From Candidatus Thorarchaeota archaeon (GTDB lineage Archaea; Asgardarchaeota; Thorarchaeia; Thorarchaeales; Thorarchaeaceae): 24,701 nucleotides of DNA. The translations under genes and the position numbers were made by a program. The stretch covers positions 1 through 24,701 of the forward strand of contig JAEOTX010000088.1 of the NCBI GenBank assembly GCA_016839605.1, written 5' to 3'. The notes beneath the pieces are model-generated. The model ran no database searches. It was not told where the DNA came from and saw only the letters and a program-made list of their open reading frames with translations. Of the stretch, positions 8,574 to 16,675 are shown piece after piece; positions within the stretch are counted from its first letter, which is position 1, and each line of letters opens with the position of its first letter.

Positions 8574-10019
8574 CTAAAATCTCGCTCTGGGTTGCTGAAC
8601 CAAGTCGCTAACATGAAACAGTCCTACGACGTTGGTCCTCCCCGGGATGTGTTTGACACCTGATGTAAACACCACATCCTTGTCCTCACTAATCAGACCC
8701 TTGGCATGAACCACCCTGACCGCCTCCATCACAAGGTCATCCACACTATCTACTTCATGTTCATAGAGGATTGGATGAACTCCCCACCAAAGGCGCATTC
8801 TTCTCAGGACCTTGGGGTCTCTTGTCACTGCATAGATGTCCGCCGGGGGTCTGAATTTGGAAATCCATCTAGCAGTAAAACCACTTCGAGTAGCTGTGAT
8901 TATTCCATCCACCTTCCCCGGTATCAGGGCCACTGCATTATAGACCAAGTTTCCCATGATCTCTACGATTAGGCGCTTTGGTGAAGTGATGTCTTCTGGA
9001 TTGACTGGTGTTATCTTCTTCTCAGCCCTTCGCACAATCTTATCCATCATCTCGACAGCGGCTACTGGGTTATGGCCGACTGCAGACTCACCACTGAGCA
9101 TCACGGCATCCGCGCGATCAAATACTGCATGCGCAACATCGCTCACTTCTGCCCGTGTGGGAATCGCTTCATACGTCATAGACTCCAACATATGTGTAGC
9201 TACAATTGCTGCTCGTGCCCACATGTTCGCCTTTCTCACTAAGTCACGTTGTAGGATTGGCACTTCTTCGATAGGGACCTCTATTCCGAGGTCGCCGCGT
9301 GCAACCATGACGCCATGGGACTCTTCAAGGATGGCATCATAATTCTTCACTGCAGACACATGTTCAATCTTACTGATGACATCGACATTCTTTGGCCCGT
9401 TTTTCTTGAGTATTTCATTGACATTTTTCACATCTTCTGCATCAAGCACAAATGAAATGGCAATCAAGTCCGGCTCCAAGTCTGCTGCGAGGTCCAAGTC
9501 CTTGAGGTCTTTTTCCGTAGGTACTCGACAGGAAAGCTCAATGCCTGGTATATTCACACCCTTCCTACTCGAGATTGTTCCACCGTGCGCCACCTCAGTT
9601 GTGATTTCCGTCCCATCCACATCTGTCACACGAAGCCGCACGATACCGTCGTTTATTGCAATTGTATCCCCGGGATTGATATCATCAGGCAACTCCTTAT
9701 GTGAGATTGAAACGCGCGATGAATCACCAACAAAGTCCTTTGTTGAGATGACGAACTCTGCACCAGTTTCGAGCTTTACAGGTTCTTTCATCTCTCCAAT
9801 CCGTGTCTTTGGCCCTTGGATGTCAAACAGAATAGGAATAGTAGGATCAACTGATCTAATAGCATCAAAGGTCTTCTTGTGAGTAGAATGTGTGTCGTGT
9901 GATAGGTTAAGCCTGGCTACATCCATTCCTGCTTCAATCATTTTAGCCAAGGTCTCTTTGGTTCTAGAGGCTGGACCAATCGTGCACACAATCTTTGTGC
10001 GTGTGGACTTCTCTGTCAT
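8574..10019 (-). CDS. pyk: Pyruvate kinase
   Basis: RTKIVCTIGPAS, ARLNLSH, KIE, MVARGDLGIE, ATHMLESM, PTRAEVSD, DAVMLSGE; homology begins at ATG 10019. Confidence 0.98.
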   Translation of the reverse strand: MTEKSTRTKIVCTIGPASRTKETLAKMIEAGMDVARLNLSHDTHSTHKKTFDAIRSVDPTIPILFDIQGPKTRIGEMKEPVKLETGAEFVISTKDFVGDSSRVSISHKELPDDINPGDTIAINDGIVRLRVTDVDGTEITTEVAHGGTISSRKGVNIPGIELSCRVPTEKDLKDLDLAADLEPDLIAISFVLDAEDVKNVNEILKKNGPKNVDVISKIEHVSAVKNYDAILEESHGVMVARGDLGIEVPIEEVPILQRDLVRKANMWARAAIVATHMLESMTYEAIPTRAEVSDVAHAVFDRADAVMLSGESAVGHNPVAAVEMMDKIVRRAEKKITPVNPEDITSPKRLIVEIMGNLVYNAVALIPGKVDGIITATRSGFTARWISKFRPPADIYAVTRDPKVLRRMRLWWGVHPILYEHEVDSVDDLVMEAVRVVHAKGLISEDKDVVFTSGVKHIPGRTNVVGLFHVSDLVQQPRARF

Positions 10020-10087
10020 CTCATCTACCCCGCAGTGTTTACCCGATTCATTCCCTCCTAAATAGCACTTCTCTTCTTGAAGCATTG

Positions 10088-10106
10088 CATAGAATGAATT
10101 TCTATG
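10088..10106. promoter_or_regulatory. Inverted repeat in the pyk/eno divergent region, candidate operator
   Basis: CATAGAA-tgaat-TTCTATG, perfect 7-bp arms. Confidence 0.35.
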
Positions 10107-10188
10107 TCCTAAGGGAATTGCATAAATCTCAGTAGGGACCTCCCAAGACAAAGCTCATTGAGTAGTGCTCATAACAAAGGTGACGATG

Positions 10189-11487
10189 ATGGTCAAAATC
10201 GACAGGATAAATGCGATTGAAATTCTCGACTCCCGTGGAAACCCGACACTGATGACGTATGTGTCTCTATCGGATGGGACAGTCGGGTCAGCAAAGGTTC
10301 CCAGTGGTGCCTCCACAGGATTGAGAGAGGCTGTGGAACTGAGAGACGGAGGAGATAGATATCTTGGCAAGGGTGTTCAGAATGCCATTAACAATGTCAA
10401 CACCACGATTGCCAAGGGAATGGGTTCAGTTGACCCACTTTCACAAAGTGATGTGGACGATACACTCCTCAAGATAGACCCCAGCAAAGGAAAGGGCAAT
10501 CTAGGTGCCAACGCAATCCTGTCTGTTTCTATGGCCACTGCTGTTGCTGCATCTAGGCACCTTGGTATTGAGCTGTTTGAACATTTACGAATTAACGTGA
10601 TTGGAAAGAAAGAGGAGTATCTACAACCAGTTCCGATGTCCAACGTAATCAATGGTGGCGCTCATGCAGGCAATGATTTAGCGATTCAGGAGTTCATGGT
10701 TCTACCAGTGGGGTCTCCAGATATTGTCGAAGCTGTGCGATGCATCAGCGAGGTCTATCACAAATTGGGGAAGAACCTAATCAGTAAATATGGCCGTATG
10801 GGGAAACACGTAGGAGACGAGGGCGGTTTCTGTGGCTTTGGGCTTAAGGACACCCATCATGCATTCAATGAGATAATGGAATCTATCGAAACAGCTGGAT
10901 ATCAGCCCGGAAAGGATGTTGTGTTGGGTATTGATGCTGCAGCTAGTGGATTCTTCAAGGATGGAAAGTACGAGATTGATGGCAAGACAATGGATTCAGG
11001 GGAGCTATTAGATCTCTATATCGACCTTGAGAAGACATTCCCAATCAAGAGTGTCGAGGACCCGTTTGAGGAAGAGGCTTTTGATGACTTTGCGGAGTAC
11101 ACCAAGAAGACCAAGATTCAGGTGGTCACAGATGACCTGACGGTATCACATCCTGAAACTGTCCAGCGATGCATAGACATGAAGGCCGGCAACGCACTTC
11201 TTCTGAAGGTGAACCAGATTGGGTCTGTCAGTGAGGCTATTGAAGCGGCTAATGTGGCAAACAAAGCAGACTGGCCGGTCGTTGTGAGCCACAGGAGTGG
11301 AGAGACCGGTGACACATTCATTGCTGATTTGGCTGTTGCACTTTCCACCGGACAGATCAAGACCGGCGGCCCTGCTCGGAGCGACCGCGTTGAGAAGTAC
11401 AATCGTCTTCTAATGATTCATAACCTACTAGGAGGCAAATGTGACTATCCGGGTCAGGACTTCAACACTGCTTGGAGGAAATTCTAG
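10189..11487 (+). CDS. eno: Enolase
   Basis: EILDSRGNPT, VPSGASTG, GDEGG, LLKVNQIG, SHRSGET, GQIKTG; AGGTGA precedes ATGs at 10186/10189. Confidence 0.98.
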   Translation: MVKIDRINAIEILDSRGNPTLMTYVSLSDGTVGSAKVPSGASTGLREAVELRDGGDRYLGKGVQNAINNVNTTIAKGMGSVDPLSQSDVDDTLLKIDPSKGKGNLGANAILSVSMATAVAASRHLGIELFEHLRINVIGKKEEYLQPVPMSNVINGGAHAGNDLAIQEFMVLPVGSPDIVEAVRCISEVYHKLGKNLISKYGRMGKHVGDEGGFCGFGLKDTHHAFNEIMESIETAGYQPGKDVVLGIDAAASGFFKDGKYEIDGKTMDSGELLDLYIDLEKTFPIKSVEDPFEEEAFDDFAEYTKKTKIQVVTDDLTVSHPETVQRCIDMKAGNALLLKVNQIGSVSEAIEAANVANKADWPVVVSHRSGETGDTFIADLAVALSTGQIKTGGPARSDRVEKYNRLLMIHNLLGGKCDYPGQDFNTAWRKF

Positions 11488-11490
11488 CAT

Positions 11491-12732
11491 ATGACAGAAA
11501 AATATACAGCTGTCCTATTGATAATGGATGGACTTGGTGACCGCGTGGTCAAAGAACTCGGGAATAAGACTCCCCTCCAAGCCGCGAAGTGTCCGACATT
11601 TGACCGTCTAACAACTGATGGTCAGACCGGGCTCCTGAATGTCATTGGGCCAGGAATAACTCCTGGAAGTGATGCGGCGCATCTAGCCCTCTTTGGCTAC
11701 GACCCAGTTGCATGCTATGCTGGGAGAGGTCCCCTGGAAGCGTTAGGTGCAGGTCTCCCCTCAAAGCCGGGTGACGTGGCATTTCGATCGAATTTCGCTT
11801 CAGTGGATGATGAGATGAAAATCACTGATAGAAGAGCTGGACGGATATTTACAGCTGAAGAGCACAGGATTCTGGAAGATGCACTTTCAGGAATAGAGAT
11901 TGATGGAGTTAAGGTGCATTTTGTAGCCACGGTTGAACATCGTGGAGCTATAGTATTGGAGGGCAGCGGGTTGTCAGGAGAGATTTCGGAGACCGACCCT
12001 CATGAGACCGGAGTCAAGGTATGGGAATCAGAGGCTCTTGAGCAAAGGGCCGAGAAAACAGCCAAGATTGTCAACAAGCTAACGCGGATGGCATTCGAAC
12101 GATTGAAAGATCTGGATATCAATAAGGCTCGGGCAGACCGAGGACTCCCTCCTGCAAACATTTTGCTTCTAAGGGGTGCGGGGCAGCATAAGGACATCCC
12201 TACTCTACAAGACAACTATGGCATTAAATCAGCTGTAATTGCTGGTGGGTCTCTGTATATTGGCGCAGCGAAGTATGTTGGAATGGAACATGTTCCAGTA
12301 GAGGGTCAAACAGGGACAATTGATACGAACTTCGACAACATCGCAGCAAAGTCGATAGAATGCATCAAGTCTAACTACAACTATGTGTTCATCCATATCA
12401 AGGCCACAGACAATGCTAGTCATGATGGAAACGCCAAGGAAAAGGTCCTAGCAATAGAACGGACCGACGGGATGTTGAGCAAAATAATCGATGCAGTGGG
12501 CGATTCGATTGTTATTGCAGTAACAGGTGACCATAGCACTCCCCTTGATGTTGGAGAACACCAACCTGACCCAGTGCCTATTTTCTTCTGGAGCAAGTTC
12601 ATGCGGCCTGATAAGGTCAAAGCATTTTCCGAGCTAGATGCACCAGACGGGGCGCTTCACACAATACGTGGAATAGACGTCATGCCAATGCTGCTTGGAT
12701 ATGCTGGCTACATAGAGAAGATAGGTGCTTAG
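11491..12732 (+). CDS. apgM: 2,3-bisphosphoglycerate-independent phosphoglycerate mutase, archaeal type
   Basis: DGLGD, TPLQAA, PGSD, GRGPLEALG, DRRAGR, HIKATD..SHDG, TGDHSTP. Confidence 0.96.
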   Translation: MTEKYTAVLLIMDGLGDRVVKELGNKTPLQAAKCPTFDRLTTDGQTGLLNVIGPGITPGSDAAHLALFGYDPVACYAGRGPLEALGAGLPSKPGDVAFRSNFASVDDEMKITDRRAGRIFTAEEHRILEDALSGIEIDGVKVHFVATVEHRGAIVLEGSGLSGEISETDPHETGVKVWESEALEQRAEKTAKIVNKLTRMAFERLKDLDINKARADRGLPPANILLLRGAGQHKDIPTLQDNYGIKSAVIAGGSLYIGAAKYVGMEHVPVEGQTGTIDTNFDNIAAKSIECIKSNYNYVFIHIKATDNASHDGNAKEKVLAIERTDGMLSKIIDAVGDSIVIAVTGDHSTPLDVGEHQPDPVPIFFWSKFMRPDKVKAFSELDAPDGALHTIRGIDVMPMLLGYAGYIEKIGA

Positions 12733-12734
12733 AT

Positions 12735-14081
12735 TCACGGTCTCTGAATCCCATGCTTACCGACGCATCGGTACTCGAAGCCCTTTGCTGCAACATCGTC
12801 CATATTGAAAACATTCCGCCCATCTACAATCACAGGTGTTCGCATAGCTGATTTGATCTTGTCTAAGTCGAGTGAGAAGTACTCTTGGTGCTTGGTGACT
12901 AGAGCTAGACAGTCCGCATCCTTTGCGGCCTTCATGATGTCCGTTTCTATCTTATGAGGTCCAAACTCCCAACTCTGAACGTAAGGGTCATGCAATGTGA
13001 CCTCAGCACCCTTTGCTTGAAGAGCTCCCACTAGAGTCGCAGCAGGAGTGTTTCTGGTGTCATCAGCGTTCTCCAGGTACGCCACACCCAAGATCGTGAC
13101 TTTTGCATCCTGAATCGACACTCCTTTTGCATAGAGTGCATTCTCAACAAGTTCAGACATATGGACCGGCATGTGGTCGTTGATTCTTCTTGCCAGAGAG
13201 ATGAACTCAGGTTCGACCTTCCAAGTGCCGTACTCATAGAGTCCGTAGCGGAGTAGCCAAGGGTCTTTCGGAAGGCAGTGTCCTCCGACCCCCGCGCCAG
13301 GGATATGCATCATCCTATCATGTCTGGCATTTATCAGCTCGATGATTTCATAGATATTTACTCCAAGACTCTCAGAGACCAATGCCATCTCATTTGCAAA
13401 GGCGATATTGACGTCGCGGTAACTATTCTCGATAGTTTTGGATAGCTCAGCACTCAGCGTGTCTGTTGTGTAGATCTTCTCTTTGACAATTTTTGAGTAT
13501 AACTCGACAGCTCTCTCTGTGCCCTTTGGATTGATACCTCCAACTACTCTCGGCATGTTGATGATGAACTCGAGAAGCTTACCTGGCATGACGCGCTCGT
13601 AGGAGAATGCTAGGTCGAAGTCTTTTCCTCCCTCAAGTCCTGACTCCTTCTCGATAATTCTCTGCACGACGTTCTCAGTGGTTCCAGGTGCAACAGTTGA
13701 TTCGACAATAACAAGAGCACCTTTTTTGATACGCTTACCAATGTTCGTGCTGACCTCGCGCAGTGAGTTGTAGCGGGGCATATTTTGTGCGTCAGTGGGT
13801 GTCTGCACATCAATCAGAATGATGTCAGCGTCTTTCAGCACTTCGATATCATCTGTTACTCTGAAACTGCCCTTCTTGACTACCTTAGCAATGAGTTCAT
13901 CCAGTCCGGGCTCAACTCCCTCAAATGGGGACTTGCCGCTGTTAAGGACATCAATCTTCCACCCGGAGCGTTTGGACCTTCTCTGTAGACCCAAGACCTC
14001 GTAGCCATCAACATCAGCAATCAGGGCTGCAGCGGGAATGCCGACATATCCCATGCCGATCACAACAACTTTTGTCATCAT
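12735..14081 (-). CDS. Nucleotide-sugar 6-dehydrogenase (UDP-N-acetylhexosamine dehydrogenase, WecC/WbpO-like)
   Basis: GMGYVG, ESTVAPGTT, ERVMPG, KTIENSYRDVNIAFANE, PGAGVGGHCLPKDP, DGRN; start at ATG 14081/14078 after GAGG. Confidence 0.92.
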   Translation of the reverse strand: MMTKVVVIGMGYVGIPAAALIADVDGYEVLGLQRRSKRSGWKIDVLNSGKSPFEGVEPGLDELIAKVVKKGSFRVTDDIEVLKDADIILIDVQTPTDAQNMPRYNSLREVSTNIGKRIKKGALVIVESTVAPGTTENVVQRIIEKESGLEGGKDFDLAFSYERVMPGKLLEFIINMPRVVGGINPKGTERAVELYSKIVKEKIYTTDTLSAELSKTIENSYRDVNIAFANEMALVSESLGVNIYEIIELINARHDRMMHIPGAGVGGHCLPKDPWLLRYGLYEYGTWKVEPEFISLARRINDHMPVHMSELVENALYAKGVSIQDAKVTILGVAYLENADDTRNTPAATLVGALQAKGAEVTLHDPYVQSWEFGPHKIETDIMKAAKDADCLALVTKHQEYFSLDLDKIKSAMRTPVIVDGRNVFNMDDVAAKGFEYRCVGKHGIQRP

Positions 14082-14192
14082 AATTCCTCTGGCTGTCTTA
14101 GGAAGCCAACATAGTGGCGACATCTGTGCGCCCTCAATCAATACTGAAAAAGGTTGCCCATTGACTACGAGTGTACTAGGACATCTATTGGA

Positions 14193-15020
14193 CTATGTCA
14201 CATCAACCACATCAGAGACTCTCTTGACGGATTTATCGAAGAAGTCTGGATCATCGATGTGTAACTGAATAGCTTCCTCTGGACATACTTCAATGCAGCG
14301 TCCACAACCTCTGCACTCATCGCTGATCACAGCACGGTCATTGACAAGACTGATTGCGTTCACAAAACAGACCCCTTCTGTGCAAGTACCACATCCAACA
14401 CAGGCATCTGTTACTTCTACTCGGACGCCTTCCATTTTGGTGATTTTTTCGGCAATGTCAGGATTTATGTCCTGAAGAGTGCGCCAGAGGCAACAACATG
14501 GACAACAGTTGCAGACTGTGAGGAGCTTCTCTCCAGGGTTCGCATCAAGCCACACAGCATCTAATTTGTTACGTCCAATGAGATGGACAAGACCTTCATC
14601 ATCACATTTTCTGATGTATTCGTGTGCTTCTTCCTTCGTAACTGCTCGTCCAAGCTGAGGATTAATGCCCTTTGCAGCTTCTCCAAGGAATAGACATCCA
14701 TGGTCTATTGGATAGTCTTCGCATTTTAGTGAATCCCGACAAATGCAGAAGTCCATGATCCAATGAAAGCTCGCCTTGTCGATGAAGTGATGTACAATCT
14801 GGGATGGTAACACTGTTTCATCAGGTTGCGCGATATCTTGGTCGATAGAAATGACCTTCTTGGCCACGCTATTCTTGGGTAGGTAAATGATGTCGTCACC
14901 TTGGAAAAGCATGTAGTCTACAATCCTGCCAATGATCGGGATTTTGGTCGCCTTGGCAATCATTTGCACATTAGGGAAGGTCTTCTTCAGTAACTGAACA
15001 AACCATAATGGACGCGCCAT
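14193..15020 (-). CDS. Cys-rich 4Fe-4S dicluster protein of unknown function
   Basis: CICR, CNCCPCCC, then CVGCGTC...C and CRGCGRCIEVCP ferredoxin motifs. Confidence 0.88.
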   Translation of the reverse strand: MARPLWFVQLLKKTFPNVQMIAKATKIPIIGRIVDYMLFQGDDIIYLPKNSVAKKVISIDQDIAQPDETVLPSQIVHHFIDKASFHWIMDFCICRDSLKCEDYPIDHGCLFLGEAAKGINPQLGRAVTKEEAHEYIRKCDDEGLVHLIGRNKLDAVWLDANPGEKLLTVCNCCPCCCLWRTLQDINPDIAEKITKMEGVRVEVTDACVGCGTCTEGVCFVNAISLVNDRAVISDECRGCGRCIEVCPEEAIQLHIDDPDFFDKSVKRVSDVVDVT

Positions 15021-15118
15021 AATGATGGATTCAACCTGCTACTGATATTGTTTCCTACTTTGTGGCTATGAATCTTCAAGGAGAAAGAAAAGAGAAATAG
15101 GACGCTTAGGATACTGAT

Positions 15119-16630
15119 ATGGCGAGGTTAGATTGGGTGGAACCTATCGGTACTATCACTAGATACTTTCCCTTCATAGATGTAGAAACAAGGAGAATAA
15201 TGGAATTAATCATGAGAGAATCATATAATTTCCGTAACTTTGTTCACATTTTGTGCGATAAAGTATGCCAGTTGAAAGCACCAGATCAGACTATATTCCT
15301 CGCTGTCCATTTCGCTGCACTCCTATTCGATTTCAAATGTCTGGATAAAATCTCGAAAATCCATGGAAAACTATCCATCATTCGACCGAATCTCTTCTAT
15401 GGTAGTGCCTTTCAAGGTCGTCCTGATGACTTCAAGAAGGTTCGAGAATCAGCTGACGAAGTCCTATCCACTCACTCACCTGATTGGTTGGCACTTGAGA
15501 TGCATATGGTTAAGCTAGAAGCTGAGAATTCGGAATATCCTACACATGTATATGACTCCTCAACATATGATGCAATTGTAAGTTTAATTGAAGAAAATCA
15601 AGATTTTGATTTCTATAGGTCGCGAATGAATGATACTATGACAATACGTGCAATCAGAGATGGAGATGTTAGTAGGGCTCTGGAATTAAATCAGGAAGCT
15701 ATTGATAATTCAGAAGAAAATGATGATATCAATCGACTCGCTCATCTGCTTCGAACCAGGGCAGGAATTCTTCAATCTTCAGATCGGTCAGAATCTCAGA
15801 GATTACTTCATCGAGCAAGGGATTTCATGGATTCGATGGGAGACCAAGCTGGACTCGCTGATGTTTTATTTCTTCTTAGTAAGCTTGAATCAATTAACGG
15901 TGATTACGATTCTGCTATTGAACACAATCTTGAATGTGTTAGAATATGGGAAACAATAGGGATGCCTATGAGTATGCCTGCATTGACTCTTTCCACCCTT
16001 TACAATGTAATAGGTGATTGCGACGCGGGTCTTGAATGGGCGAAAATGGCTGAAAACGAATTGGCAAGTAGACCAGTCTACCAACCAAGAGCAATTCTTA
16101 ATCAAGCATGGTCCATGACCCTACAGGGGAAGCTACCAGAAGCTCATCAACTTCTAGACAGTGTTCGCGAATCGATTCTTAAATCTGGACTAGAATCAAA
16201 TCTTGGGTGGCTCTATTTCATTAGTAGTGTTATAGAAGCCGCTGAAGAGGACTACTTTTCAGCTGCAATCAGCGTTGAAGAGTCTTTAGACATCTATGAG
16301 AGAAGTGGTGGTTTTGTAAGCTTTTACATTTGTTTGCACCATCGAGCTAGAATCGAGGTCTATATTGAGCAGAATGAACCTTCAAGCGACTACGAATCTC
16401 CAGGGCCATGGCTTACTCTTCTCGAAGAAAAAGCACATAGTGAGAATTTGCAAGGTATTCTTGGACAGGCGCTCTTGCTCAAAGCAACCACTCTGAAAAT
16501 GAAAGGGGCTCATTCAGAGGCTATGAAAGTGATTGAACAAACAGCCTCACTTGTCAATGAAAGAAGTCTCGAATTCCTAAGGCCTGCTGTCAACCGTTTT
16601 ATCAAAATGGATGATGATTCAGGATATTAG
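15119..16630 (+). CDS. TPR-like alpha-solenoid protein
   Basis: 503-aa ORF with repeated helical units (ALELNQEAI, LADVLFLLSKL..GDYDSAIE, AAISVEESLDIY); no catalytic motif seen. Confidence 0.75.
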   Translation: MARLDWVEPIGTITRYFPFIDVETRRIMELIMRESYNFRNFVHILCDKVCQLKAPDQTIFLAVHFAALLFDFKCLDKISKIHGKLSIIRPNLFYGSAFQGRPDDFKKVRESADEVLSTHSPDWLALEMHMVKLEAENSEYPTHVYDSSTYDAIVSLIEENQDFDFYRSRMNDTMTIRAIRDGDVSRALELNQEAIDNSEENDDINRLAHLLRTRAGILQSSDRSESQRLLHRARDFMDSMGDQAGLADVLFLLSKLESINGDYDSAIEHNLECVRIWETIGMPMSMPALTLSTLYNVIGDCDAGLEWAKMAENELASRPVYQPRAILNQAWSMTLQGKLPEAHQLLDSVRESILKSGLESNLGWLYFISSVIEAAEEDYFSAAISVEESLDIYERSGGFVSFYICLHHRARIEVYIEQNEPSSDYESPGPWLTLLEEKAHSENLQGILGQALLLKATTLKMKGAHSEAMKVIEQTASLVNERSLEFLRPAVNRFIKMDDDSGY

Positions 16631-16675
16631 CTTATACGTCCAATATCAACATGGAGTATAGTCTGCGGATTGACT

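Noticed and set aside
10020-10188. N-terminal extensions of pyk and eno in the ORF track
   Set aside because: Homology and SD-like motifs favour starts at 10019 and 10186/10189; the extensions span the divergent promoter.
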